Source of the DNA: an uncultured Alphaproteobacteria bacterium
GTDB lineage: Bacteria > Pseudomonadota > Alphaproteobacteria > RF32 > CAG-239
Length of the DNA stretch: 64,000 nt
Assembly: GCA_944391475.1 (NCBI GenBank)
Contig: CALXTR010000002.1
Location: 194-64,193, forward strand
Reading direction: 5' to 3'
Position numbers and translations under genes: made by a program. A model generated the notes under the pieces. The model saw only the letters and a list, made by a program, of their open reading frames with translations. It had not been told where the DNA came from and did not search any database. Positions within the stretch are counted from its first letter, which is position 1. Every line of letters begins with the position of its first letter. Below, piece by piece: positions 38,515-49,200 of this stretch.

Positions 38515-38973
38515 ATGTCAATAAACAAATTGTTTTTTACTTCACTCATGGCTCTATCGCTTTCAGGGTGCGCCAGTGAGTGGTTTGTGACCCATAATGG
38601 GAATATGCCGACAAATGAACGAATCTCTCAACTTAATGTCGGACAAAGCAAACAAGAAGTTATAAGCTTGCTTGGTTCCCCTTCTTCTGTGGTATCTTTG
38701 GATCAGAACACTTGGATTTATATGTCTTCTGACATAAAAAGAGTAGCTTTTTTTAAGCCTGAAGAAATCAGCCGTGATGTGCTGACAATCAAGTTCAATA
38801 AAGATGACAAAGTCCAAGACATTACTCGGCTTAAAAAAGAAAACGGACGTGAAATTATAGTCAGCCAAGATGAGACCCCTACCCTTGGACAACAACCAGG
38901 ATTTTTTGAGAAATATTTTGGCGGGGTCGGTCAATATATGCCCTTTGGACCATCTAGAAGGACAGATATATAA
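38515..38973 (+). CDS. bamE: Outer membrane assembly lipoprotein BamE (SmpA/OmlA)
   Basis: Lipobox LSGC and GQSKQEVISLLGSPS...NTWIY motif. Confidence 0.75.
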   Translation: MSINKLFFTSLMALSLSGCASEWFVTHNGNMPTNERISQLNVGQSKQEVISLLGSPSSVVSLDQNTWIYMSSDIKRVAFFKPEEISRDVLTIKFNKDDKVQDITRLKKENGREIIVSQDETPTLGQQPGFFEKYFGGVGQYMPFGPSRRTDI

Positions 38974-38991
38974 ACCTTTTTACTTAAAGCA

Positions 38992-39027
38992 AAAGCCCTG
39001 CGCATCACTGCGAAGGGCTTTTTTATT
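38992..39027 (+). terminator. Intrinsic terminator after bamE
   Basis: GCCCT..CGCA/TGCG..AGGGC stem followed by TTTTTT. Confidence 0.7.
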
Positions 39028-39136
39028 TCAACACTTAAATTACCTGTCGAATGTCCGGACATCGCTGCAGGGACATCCCTCATAAATTAAAAATGTGTTT
39101 ATGATACTAAAAAAAGGTTTATGAGGATTGATTGCT

Positions 39137-39505
39137 TTAAGCTATTTCTGCAAATTGCAACGGAGTGTCTTGGATATACATCTTGTCGGTATCGACATTA
39201 TGGATAACCAACAATGACTTACCCTCAACCTGAATCGGCATTACCCATAGTTCCGCTCCACTGGCAGCTCCAATAATCTGATAGCCATGACGGATACGTT
39301 CTTTCATTTTGACGAGGCAGGATACATCATCACCACACGCCAAGTGCATGGCAATTACTTGTTTTATCCGGCTCGGCATATTACAGTGCGTGATATAATC
39401 CAGCAGCAAGGCCGGCATTCTTTCCATAAACTCAAGATATTTTTCAATCTTTGAGGAACCATTTATCACACAACGCTTAACATTTGAAAAAACTTTTTTG
39501 TTCAT
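39137..39505 (-). CDS. Hypothetical protein (ORFan, ACGDD motif)
   Basis: Start moved to the internal ATG (MNKKVF). TATAAT lies 12 nt upstream of this ATG and there is no SD. Confidence 0.5.
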   Translation of the reverse strand: MNKKVFSNVKRCVINGSSKIEKYLEFMERMPALLLDYITHCNMPSRIKQVIAMHLACGDDVSCLVKMKERIRHGYQIIGAASGAELWVMPIQVEGKSLLVIHNVDTDKMYIQDTPLQFAEIA

Positions 39506-39684
39506 AATAAAAAAAAAATTATAAGGTAAATAAATAAATTTTTCATTGTATGTACACCTCATTTGGACAAAAGTCAACAATTATTTTATTTTGTCTAGCA
39601 ATTTTCTTCTTTAATTTGCTCTAATACTGATTATATCCAAAGCACAAAACTTAAACATTAAGTTATCTGAATGAGGGTAATAGT

Positions 39685-40959
39685 ATGAAAAAACAAAATT
39701 TTTTATTATTTAGTGTAATTGTCTCCGCTGCGGTTTTAGGTAGCGATATATACGCTCAGGCTGCAAGCACTCAAAATGAAATAATGAGCGAACCAACCAA
39801 TAATAGCGATTATCTCAAAAAGACTCGCAGCGCAACCCAAAGAGTGGCCGCAAGTAAAGTGCGTCGCAACAAAACTTTTTCTGATTTTGGGCAGAAGTAC
39901 ACCGATTTTAAGAACTATCTTAGCAACAAGTATAACATTGACTACTCAATTGATATTAGCTACATGGCTCAGCGCGGGGCTCCGGCTGGCAAAAAATCGG
40001 CTTTCCAGACTATCATTTCTCCTTCTCTCACTTGGCAGACTTTTCAAAACGAATATGGAACCGGAACGCTAAGCATGGCTTACAACATTGTTCGCTACGG
40101 CGGATCTTCGGCGGCGCGAATCGACAATAACATCGGGACACTCAGCGGTATCAACGACTACACCTCTAAATCGACCTCTTTTGATGAACTCCTTTACACC
40201 TATCAACTGGGCGGTAGATGGGATTGGCTGACCATTGGGCTCGGGCAATTTCCTTTCTATAATTTTGACGGCACCAACTATGATTCCAACCAGCAAGTTA
40301 ACTTTGTCAACGAAGCTTTATCGCAAAATTTGACCTCGACCTACTCTACAGCCGGTGTGGGTACTTATCTCCAGATTGCGCCAAACAGCGAATGGACATT
40401 GGCTTTCGGCGGACAAGATGCCACCGACATTGAGGGCGAAAGCATCCGGCTTAATGACCTTAGTGAAGAACACTATGCCACTTTTGGCTCTATCACCTAC
40501 TCCCCGACCATTAAAGGTTTGGGCGACGGCGAATATTCTTTGCTCGTCTATAATCAACCCTGGGTCAAAGACCAACCACAAACAACTAACGGCTGGTCTT
40601 TGAACCTTTCGCAAGACATTGGCGACAAGCTCTCTTTGTTTGCGCGGATTAACGGCGTGAGCGGCGATGTTTCCGATTTTAAGAACTCTTACGTTTTTGG
40701 CGGAGTATATAACGACCCGTTTGATCGCAATCCCTTAGATCAAATCGGCTTGGCGGCGGCCTACAACAAAATTAATAAAAAGGCCGTTGGCATCAATACT
40801 GCTCATGATTATGAAACCGTGCTAGAGGCCTACTGGGCTTGGGGTATCTCCAAATGGATGACGCTTACTCCTGATGTTCAATTCTACATCAATCCGGCGC
40901 TCAACACCAAATCTGATTATGCCAGTGTCTACACGCTCAGAGCGACGGTCTTCTTCTAA
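39685..40959 (+). CDS. OprB-family (carbohydrate-selective-type) outer membrane porin
   Basis: Signal peptide, beta-strand-rich sequence, C-terminal ...YTLRATVFF, and OprB-like GQFPFYNF / AYWAWG motifs. Confidence 0.75.
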   Translation: MKKQNFLLFSVIVSAAVLGSDIYAQAASTQNEIMSEPTNNSDYLKKTRSATQRVAASKVRRNKTFSDFGQKYTDFKNYLSNKYNIDYSIDISYMAQRGAPAGKKSAFQTIISPSLTWQTFQNEYGTGTLSMAYNIVRYGGSSAARIDNNIGTLSGINDYTSKSTSFDELLYTYQLGGRWDWLTIGLGQFPFYNFDGTNYDSNQQVNFVNEALSQNLTSTYSTAGVGTYLQIAPNSEWTLAFGGQDATDIEGESIRLNDLSEEHYATFGSITYSPTIKGLGDGEYSLLVYNQPWVKDQPQTTNGWSLNLSQDIGDKLSLFARINGVSGDVSDFKNSYVFGGVYNDPFDRNPLDQIGLAAAYNKINKKAVGINTAHDYETVLEAYWAWGISKWMTLTPDVQFYINPALNTKSDYASVYTLRATVFF

Positions 40960-40979
40960 ATTTCATCAATCTTCTGTTT

Positions 40980-41017
40980 AAGGCAAAATCTCTTCGGTTT
41001 TGCCTTATTTTTTGATT
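40980..41017 (+). terminator. Intrinsic terminator after the porin gene
   Basis: AGGCAAAA/TTTTGCCT stem followed by a T-run. Confidence 0.8.
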
Positions 41018-41110
41018 TATATGCCGATTTTTGCTTGCTTTTGTCTATTTTTTGTGTTAATGCTTAGCAAAATAATTAAGCATTATATTAACAATTAAAT
41101 ATTATTTATT

Positions 41111-41620
41111 ATGAAAATGTGTGATTTAATCGTTGCTGCGGCAGTTTTTGTTGTGTTGCTCGGCGTGAATTTTGGTATGGGAGCATTATTAGATTATTTT
41201 GATGTGCCGATTTCGGCGTCGTTGATAATAATCATTATTGCTCTACAAGCTATGTTTTTGTATATGAACGTGCATAGCTACCGACTTTCGTCGGTACATC
41301 TGGTATCTAGTTTGGCATGGTGTGTGGTGCAGACGGGTGTGATTTTTGCGCTTACTGACTGGGAAAACTTCTCAATCATGCAATGGATTGTTAGTTTTTC
41401 GCCGGTGGTGTTATCTATAATCCCACCAATCTTCTACCGCAAATCGACTACCGACAACTGGGTGAAACCTTTGATGGCGGTGTATTTAGTGTACACCTTG
41501 GCTCTGGTTCATTATCTGCACGGAACCGGATTTTATCAGGTTTACACAACTTTGCAAATGCTGGTAACTTCCTTGGCTATCTTGGCTTTGCAGCCGAAAA
41601 AAGCCAGTAGTACTATTTAA
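41111..41620 (+). CDS. Hypothetical integral membrane protein (5-6 TM), no SD
   Basis: Hydrophobic 169-aa ORF. ATTAACAATTAAA lies exactly 11 nt upstream of the ATG. Confidence 0.55.
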   Translation: MKMCDLIVAAAVFVVLLGVNFGMGALLDYFDVPISASLIIIIIALQAMFLYMNVHSYRLSSVHLVSSLAWCVVQTGVIFALTDWENFSIMQWIVSFSPVVLSIIPPIFYRKSTTDNWVKPLMAVYLVYTLALVHYLHGTGFYQVYTTLQMLVTSLAILALQPKKASSTI

Positions 41621-41677
41621 AATTTTAACAGCGCCCTATCATCTCTGATACGGCGCTGTTCTTATATCTACTTTACT

Positions 41678-42313
41678 CTAATCTAAATCGGCAATCACTT
41701 GCAAGCTAATGATTTCATCTGGCTCGCTAACCGATCCATTGGGACCATTACCTCGCTTAATCTTATCAACAACTTCCATGCCGCTAGTAACTTCGCCCCA
41801 TACCGTATACTGACCATCTAGCCACGGGCAATCGGCAAAGCAGATGAAAAACTGGCTATCGGCAGAATCTGGCATCATGGAACGAGCCATTGATACAGTA
41901 CCACGTTTATGCGGATTGCGGTTAAATTCGGCCTTGAGCTTTTTGCCGCTGCCTCCCGTTCCGTTTCCATACGGACAACCGGTTTGTGCCATAAAGCCAT
42001 CGATTACCCGATGAAACTTTAAGCCATTATAAAACTCTGCACGCGCCAACTCCTTAATACGGTTAACGTGTTCGGGCGCATCTTCGGGGTACATTTCAAT
42101 CACAACATCGCCGTCTTTGAGTTTCAACAACAAAGCATTCTCAGCATCTTTTACTTGATATGAATGTTTGATTTTTTTGGCTCTGGTGGCACTAACACCG
42201 ATTTTTTTGGTTCCACCTGAGTTGAGTTTTTTTGTTCCCGAATCTGTTAATCTTTTAGTCGAACTCTCTTTTAATAATTTGGGTTCTTTCTTGGTTTTGC
42301 ATTCTTTGGCCAT
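41678..42313 (-). CDS. Cyclophilin-type peptidyl-prolyl isomerase with a ~55-aa Lys-rich N-terminal extension
   Basis: FHRVIDGFMAQTG, SMAR, QFFI and WLDG..TVWG motifs. The N-terminus carries TKK-type repeats. Confidence 0.9.
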   Translation of the reverse strand: MAKECKTKKEPKLLKESSTKRLTDSGTKKLNSGGTKKIGVSATRAKKIKHSYQVKDAENALLLKLKDGDVVIEMYPEDAPEHVNRIKELARAEFYNGLKFHRVIDGFMAQTGCPYGNGTGGSGKKLKAEFNRNPHKRGTVSMARSMMPDSADSQFFICFADCPWLDGQYTVWGEVTSGMEVVDKIKRGNGPNGSVSEPDEIISLQVIADLD

Positions 42314-42369
42314 TTAGGCACCTCCTGTCATTTTATACTATTCTTTTATTCTAATATAGTGACAGTTTT

Positions 42370-42966
42370 TTATAATTGCAAATCGCAAATATACTTATTT
42401 ATCGCACGTTCGGCATCATCTTTTGTTACAGCTATTCCATCGGCATTAAAAATATTAAAAAAGCTCACATCGCTCACGCCGATATGCTTCATAGATTTAC
42501 GAATGCTTGCCTCAAAGCCTAAAGCCGGCATAATCTCGTCTTCGCTTTCATTCCATGAGGAAATGACCACTACCCGCTTATTCTTTAGTATGGGTTGCTC
42601 GTTGACATCAATTGTTAGACCCACCTGGACTATGTGTTCGAGCCAACTCTTAAACGAAGCCGGAGCATCATACATATATCCGGCCAAGTCAAACAGCCAC
42701 AAGTCACAATCGCGCAGAGCCTGCATATTGGGGTGCAACAAAATTTGGTTTTGTTTAACACTTCTTTCTCGGGGCGGAATCATGGCGGCATTATACCACT
42801 CGGCAGTGATATAACTTGGCGGATTTTTAGCCAAGTCTAAATAGCTGACCTCCAACTGTCCGAATCTTTCCTGAAATTTGCGGATAAAATACTGTCCGGT
42901 TTGGCGTGTATAAGAATCTTGCGTGTCTTTAATGCTAGTATCTATCTGAAAAATTTTGTGTCCCAT
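42370..42966 (-). CDS. Flavodoxin-like-fold NAD(P)H oxidoreductase (AzoR/AcpD-like)
   Basis: LDLAKNP and FKSWLEHIV resemble the AzoR family. The N-terminal flavin-binding motif is divergent. Confidence 0.6.
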   Translation of the reverse strand: MGHKIFQIDTSIKDTQDSYTRQTGQYFIRKFQERFGQLEVSYLDLAKNPPSYITAEWYNAAMIPPRERSVKQNQILLHPNMQALRDCDLWLFDLAGYMYDAPASFKSWLEHIVQVGLTIDVNEQPILKNKRVVVISSWNESEDEIMPALGFEASIRKSMKHIGVSDVSFFNIFNADGIAVTKDDAERAINKYICDLQL

Positions 42967-43011
42967 GTCATATCTCCTGTTTGGTGCAGAAGATATATGC
43001 TCAATTTTGGC

Positions 43012-43971
43012 TTAATCAAGCTGACCTAGCACATAATCAACGCGTTCTATCGGGCCTAGACCTTTGGGATAGTGCTTATCTATCTCTTTTAAACGACGCG
43101 ATAAACCGACTAAATTTGCAATCTGAATCGCCAATCCGGGGCGTGCATTTAGTTCCAACATCATGGGGCCGCGCTCTTTATCTAACACAATATCCGCGCC
43201 TAAATACCCCAGTCCGGTCATTTCATAGGCCTTAGAAGCAATTTCCAAGTGTTCACGCCAGAGCGGTACCTTTAAGCTCAGCAAATTCACTCCGGTGTCG
43301 GGGTGTTTTTCTATCGGCAAATTGTTCATCACCGCATGGAGTGTGTGTCCAGTATGAATATCCAACCCTACTCCAACCGCACCTTGGTGCAAATTGGCGC
43401 GTCCGCCGGAAGCTTTGGTTGCTAATCGCATCATCGACATAGCCGGATAACCTTTATAGACAATGACCCTAACATCGGGAATGCCCTGAAAACTATAATT
43501 TTGGAAAATATTGCTAAAATGCACCAATTCCTCAATCACGGCCACATCATACTGTCCACCCAAGCTATAAAGTCCGCTCAAAATATTGGATATATACTGG
43601 TATAGCTCTTTATAGGTTAGGGTCTTACCTGAGGCTGTAGTAAAGCAATTTTCACTATAGCTTTTGACTACCAAAACCCCTCGTCCGCCACTGCCGTGCG
43701 CCGGTTTAATCACAAATTCTTTATAATCTTTTACAATGTTTAGAATATCTTTAACTTGGTGCTGGTGCTCTATCACACCTATCAGCCCAGGAGTGTTAAT
43801 CCCATGCTGGTTGGCCAAGATTTTGGTTTGGACCTTGTCGTCGACCAATGGATATAGCTTGCGGTTGTTTAATTTGCTAATCACCTTAAAATTGCGGGCG
43901 TTCATCCCCATTACTCCGGCGGCGCGGAGCTCTCGGGGCGAAACAAATGAACTAAACCACTTTCCAAACAT
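43012..43971 (-). CDS. RimK-like ATP-grasp ligase (alpha-L-glutamate ligase-like)
   Basis: ATP-grasp pattern: FVIKPAHGSGGRGV, YLGADIVLD, LELNARPGL. Confidence 0.85.
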   Translation of the reverse strand: MFGKWFSSFVSPRELRAAGVMGMNARNFKVISKLNNRKLYPLVDDKVQTKILANQHGINTPGLIGVIEHQHQVKDILNIVKDYKEFVIKPAHGSGGRGVLVVKSYSENCFTTASGKTLTYKELYQYISNILSGLYSLGGQYDVAVIEELVHFSNIFQNYSFQGIPDVRVIVYKGYPAMSMMRLATKASGGRANLHQGAVGVGLDIHTGHTLHAVMNNLPIEKHPDTGVNLLSLKVPLWREHLEIASKAYEMTGLGYLGADIVLDKERGPMMLELNARPGLAIQIANLVGLSRRLKEIDKHYPKGLGPIERVDYVLGQLD

Positions 43972-45512
43972 TATTTCTTTTCCTTAACCAAGGGAACAAA
44001 ACGGCGCAATTCGGTTAAACGATAGCCGGTATAGGTACCAAGCAACATAACCAGCAGCAGTATCACCAAGTTGATTTCGTTAAAGGCATACAAAATATGG
44101 CGGATACTCTCGTTGTTGATGACAAAGTAGGTCAAAACGGCCACAATCAAACTGTAAATAATCTGCTTGATGGCGGCAGAGGCACCGTCTTCTTCCCAGA
44201 TGATGGAGGCACGTTCAATAATCCAGGCCATGATGATTATCGGGAAGAACACTGCCGACAAAGCTACTTTCAAATCCAGTTGATATCCAACTACAGTCAA
44301 TATCTGCATAATCAAGATTACAAAAATCACCACGGCGGAAATTCTTGGTACCAACAACAAGTTCAGTCTGGAGAGCCATGCACGTATCAACATACCTATC
44401 GTTAACATTAAGGCAAAGCATGCCAACCCGGCCCAAAGTCCGGTTTGGACTAACGAAATAGATATCAACATCGGGGTGAAAGTGCCCATGGTTGACAAAC
44501 CAACCACGTTTCTTAAGACAACTACCATCAGAATGGCCAAGGGGAAGATAGATAGCCACTTGAGGGTATTTTGCTCAGAGAGCGGTAAGCTGTAGATGGA
44601 ATAGTCGAACCAAGATTTTTGGTCAGCAAGCTCTGCTCTTTTGCCAGCCAGTTTATAAGAACTGCTAACTGATTTTAAGACCGAGAACTTGACTGAAGAA
44701 TCTTCTCCGCCTTCAACATCGAGCAAAGAATCTCCTCCACGTTGGAAAATAACAAAATCGCTTGGGAGACCTTGCTTGCCATTTTTTAGATTATATATCT
44801 TCCATTTGCCTGATGTATAGGCTTCAAGCATCAAGTCTGGGCTTAAGGCAGTCTTATTCTCTTTAAGCCTAATACCATAGGCTAGTCTGGTCGGAACTCC
44901 TTTTAAGGCCAAAATTGTTCTAACTGCTTCTGCCACGGTTTTGGGTGTTTTTTTCATCGGTAAGAACGAAACCACCGTTGGATCTGGCGGGGTTTGACGG
45001 AATGTCTTAATCACTTTTTCGGGCCAGTCGCCGGTTTGTTTGCCGGCAGCTTCCAAAATTTCTTTGGCGACTGCCATTCTTTGGTCATCCAAAACCGGAA
45101 TTTCGGGAGTTTGCGGTGCTTGAGAGCGAATCCGCCCTTTGGTATCAATATTATCAAACATCAGTACTCGATAATAAATATTTTGTAAGCCTTCTTTGGC
45201 TCCAGAGGTTAGTTGCAGTTTTTTAGGTGTACCTTGCAAATATTTAACCTTATATCCTTCGGAAACCACATCTTCACTAAATATCTTAAACTCGCGGTTA
45301 TCTGTTGGAACAGAAAGCTGAACTTTTATCGGTTCGCCGGTTGCCTCAAATGCGATATGGGCCTCAATGGTCCAGATATTGGAAACCTGTTTGGGTTTGA
45401 GACTAAACCCCCAGACCGTGACTTTATAATATGCACTCCAAGCGGCAAAAATTACGGCAAAAAACAGCAGTATAGTTAAAATGGTGCGAACAGATAAAAG
45501 TTTTTTTAGCAT
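43971..45512 (-). CDS. Membrane protein: N-terminal TM, inactive transglutaminase-like periplasmic region, C-terminal 7TM module
   Basis: Topology read from the sequence. It shares 1 nt with the ATP-grasp gene. The architecture matches the recalled Transglut_i_TM/7TM_transglut family. Confidence 0.7.
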   Translation of the reverse strand: MLKKLLSVRTILTILLFFAVIFAAWSAYYKVTVWGFSLKPKQVSNIWTIEAHIAFEATGEPIKVQLSVPTDNREFKIFSEDVVSEGYKVKYLQGTPKKLQLTSGAKEGLQNIYYRVLMFDNIDTKGRIRSQAPQTPEIPVLDDQRMAVAKEILEAAGKQTGDWPEKVIKTFRQTPPDPTVVSFLPMKKTPKTVAEAVRTILALKGVPTRLAYGIRLKENKTALSPDLMLEAYTSGKWKIYNLKNGKQGLPSDFVIFQRGGDSLLDVEGGEDSSVKFSVLKSVSSSYKLAGKRAELADQKSWFDYSIYSLPLSEQNTLKWLSIFPLAILMVVVLRNVVGLSTMGTFTPMLISISLVQTGLWAGLACFALMLTIGMLIRAWLSRLNLLLVPRISAVVIFVILIMQILTVVGYQLDLKVALSAVFFPIIIMAWIIERASIIWEEDGASAAIKQIIYSLIVAVLTYFVINNESIRHILYAFNEINLVILLLVMLLGTYTGYRLTELRRFVPLVKEKK

Positions 45513-45527
45513 ATTTATTCTCGAAAA

Positions 45528-46055
45528 TTAGTGCAAAGTGTTAGAAATTGCGGGATCTACAATGGCGCGACCAGATATGATGTTACGGCCAATCAAGGCT
45601 TGATACTCAAATTTTTCTCTATCCGCCAAAGAAAATTCGGCATTGATAATTTCATTGCCAAACTTAACATCCATATTTACAACCACGCGCTTTTCGTGTT
45701 TGTTGATGCGCTTAATGCTGGTGGTGCGAACAACTTTTTTCTCGAAACGGTGGATTTCCCCATTTTCTTCATTAACCAAAACAAAGGAGACCCATTTTTC
45801 TCCATCTCTTTCAAAACGATGGAACTCTGAGACATCAAGTGCAGAACCGGCTGCACCGGTATCAATACGAGCTTGGAAAGGTGTTTTCATCGGCAAAAAG
45901 TATATCGGTTCGACTCCGCCAATTACTCCTAAGGTATGCTGTGGTTTGGTTTTGACCTCAACTGCAGGGACAATCTTGGGGCGGACTTGCTGGGTGCTAC
46001 AACCGCAAAGAATGGCAACAAGACTTAAGCAGATTAATTTGGCAAGATTTTTCAT
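45528..46055 (-). CDS. Retropepsin-like aspartic protease lipoprotein (annotated in databases as ATP-dependent zinc protease family)
   Basis: Lipobox ILCGCS, and RIDTGAAGSALD containing the D-T-G-A aspartyl protease motif. Confidence 0.75.
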   Translation of the reverse strand: MKNLAKLICLSLVAILCGCSTQQVRPKIVPAVEVKTKPQHTLGVIGGVEPIYFLPMKTPFQARIDTGAAGSALDVSEFHRFERDGEKWVSFVLVNEENGEIHRFEKKVVRTTSIKRINKHEKRVVVNMDVKFGNEIINAEFSLADREKFEYQALIGRNIISGRAIVDPAISNTLH

Positions 46056-46164
46056 ATCAATTCCCATCGGATTATTATAATTTTACTCTATTGGTTGGGT
46101 TTACTATATTTTCCGTTTTAAAGCAAAGCTATTTTGCAGTTTATCCTCGCCATTAATTTTTACT

Positions 46165-46202
46165 TAAAAAAACTCCCCGCTGTGGCAGGGAGTTTATTTT
46201 TT
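46165..46202 (-). terminator. Intrinsic terminator after the RND operon
   Basis: AACTCCC/GGGAGTT stem with a T-run on the minus strand. Confidence 0.75.
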
Positions 46203-49200
46203 TTATGATTTTAAGAGTGGCCGACCACGTTTAAGTGCTCGTTTCCTTATCTTGCGGCGCAATATGTGGTCTTTATCAAACCTTTCGCCAAGAATTGCAA
46301 ACAACATCGGCACAAATAACGTAGCCACAAAGGTAGAGGCTATCATACCACCGACCATACCGGTACCAATAGCATGACGGCTAGCAGCCCCTGCCCCGCT
46401 ACTGATAACCAGAGGCAAAACACCAAATGTAAAGGCCAGTGAAGTCATTACGATTGGGCGGAAACGCAATCTGGCTGCAGAAACGGCCGCGTCGTAATAA
46501 CTCTTGCCGGCTTCAACCTCCATAACCGCAAATTCAACAATCAAAATTGCGTTTTTGGCAGCCAAACCTATCAAGGTGACTAGTCCGACTTGGAAATACA
46601 GGTCATTTTCCAATCCCCTCATCCAAGTTGCAAGCAAGGCACCTAATACGGCAAACGGAACTGACATAATCACCACAAAAGGTAATGACCATTTCTCATA
46701 CTGAGCAGCTAAAATCAGGAATATCATGATAATACCAAAGGCAAATGCCTGAGTTGAGGCGCCTCCGGTTTGCTTTTCCTGATAGGCTGAGCCAACCCAT
46801 GACAAATCGTAGTCCGACCCCAATACCTGGTTGGCAACTTCTTCCATGGCTGCAATGGCTTGGCCAGAGCTGTATCCGGGAGCCGGATCGCCGGTGATTT
46901 TGGCGGCAGGAAAGATGTTGAAACGATTTATCAACTCAGGTCCGGTTATCCGCTTAACATTAATCAGCGTAGAAAGCGGTATCAACTTGCCATCGTTTGA
47001 CTTGGCATACACATAACGCAAGTCATCAGGGCTGCGACGGAACTTGTCCTCAGACTGAACCGTGACCCTAAAGTTGCGCCCTTTGTAGGTAAAGTCATTT
47101 ACATACAAACTACCAAATGTAGCCTGCATTACCGAGTATATCTGATTAATCGGCACATTTAGTGCTTTGGCTTTTTCTCTATCCAATTCAATATTATACT
47201 GCGGTGTACTAACCGAAAATGTGGTTCTAACGTTTGATAGTGCCGGATTTTGAGAAGCGGCATTAATCAACTCATTTACCTTATCCATCAGTTCCTGAGA
47301 ACTATGGCCAGCCTTGTTTTGGACATAGCCTTCAAAACCTCCGGTCATGCTCAAGCCCATAATTGGCGGCATACTAAACGAATAGGCTATCCCTTCTGGC
47401 TGGCTCATACCAATTCCGGTCAATTTCTTGGCTATTACATCGGCTGTTTGTGACGGAAGTTGGCGATTATTCCAATCATCTAGCACAATAAAGCTAATGC
47501 CGGAATAGGTATTTTGACTTGATGACAAAATGTCATATCCTGAAATCGTGATAATATCTTTAATTTCCGGATTTGCCTTAGCTAGACCAGACACCTTATC
47601 CGTGAACTTTAAGGTACGTTGTAAAGACGAAGCCGGCGGCATGCTATAAGCCATCAGAAGACTGCCTTGGTCTTCCATAGGCACTAAACCTCCCGGGATA
47701 ACCCTAAACAACAGCACAATGCATACTATTATGCCACCAAAGCCTAGCATGGTTGTTTTGCGATTATTTAAGCAAAACTTAACACCGCTTATGTACCAAT
47801 CGGTCAGTTTTTCAAAACCTTTATTAAACCACAAGAAAAATCCTGATGGTTCTTTGTGGCTATGCTCTTTTTTAATGAGTAATGCGCACAAGGCTGGTGT
47901 CAGCGACAAGGCCACAAAAGCCGATATCAATACCGAAACTGCAATTGTAACCGCAAATTGGCGATACATCACACCGGTCATACCTCCTAAAAAGGCAATC
48001 GGCAAAAATACTGATGACAGCACCAATGCCACCGCAACAACCGGACCTGATACTTCTCTCATGGCCTTGAAGGCGGCTTCTTTGGGGGTGAGATGTTCTT
48101 CACTCATTAGACGCTCAACATTTTCAAGCACGATAATGGCATCATCTACCACTATACCGATAGCTAATATCAAGCCAAACAAAGTCAACAGGTTGATTGA
48201 AAAACCTAGCAGGTACATACCGGCAAAAGCACCAATAATGGACACCGGAACTGCTAAAATCGGTATTAAAGTAGCCCGCCATTTTTGTAAAAAGAAGTAC
48301 ACTACCAAGATAACCAACACCACCGCTTCAAAAAACGTGTGTATTACTTCTTCAATAGAAATACTTACAAACAGCGTGGTATCATAAGGTATGGCATATC
48401 TGATACCATCGGGAAACTTTTTAGCCAACTCGGCCATTTTGGCTTTGACGGCATTAGAGGTTTCGATAGCATTGGCACCTGATTGCAAATAGATTGCAAA
48501 AGCTACGGCTGGTGTGTTATTGCGTTGAGATGACACACTATAATCTTGTGCGCCAAGCTCAATACGGGCAACATCTTTTAGTCTTAAGGTTGCTCCTGAA
48601 GAATCGCTTTTTAAGATGATATTGCCGAATTCTTCTTCATTAACCAAACGCCCCTTAGTATTAACACTATATGTATAGGGCAAATATTCGCCTATCGGTT
48701 CTTGGCCAAAACGTCCGGCAGCAAATTGCGAATTTTGCTCTTGAATGGCAGAAACCACATCTTGCGGAGTTAGATTATAATCTGATAGCTTATCTGGACT
48801 AATCCAAATCCGCATCGAATAATCTTGTGAAGCAAACAGCGATGCACTACCTACTCCTGGAATACGTTTTATCTCATCTAGCACATTTAACAAAGCGTAG
48901 TTGCTTACATAAACAGTATCATACTGTTTATTATCAGACTGCATGGTGACAATTTGCAAAATCGAATTGGATTTCTGCTCAACCGTTACACCTTGTTTGG
49001 TGACCTCCGAGGGGAGTTTGGCCATAGCAATCTGGACTTTGTTATTGACATCGATTGTGGCCTGATCGGGGTCTGTTCCAATCTCAAAGACTACACTAAT
49101 TGTCAGATATCCGCTCGAGGTCGCAGTTGAATACATATATATCATATTATTAACCCCGTTGAGTTCTTGCTCAATTGGGGCGGCAACAGTATCAGCTAAA

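Noticed and set aside
39051-39062. Perfect 12-nt palindrome ATGTCCGGACAT and a nearby GGACATC direct repeat between convergent genes
   Set aside because: It is isolated, too short to distinguish from chance, has no adjacent promoter, and was not found elsewhere in the window.
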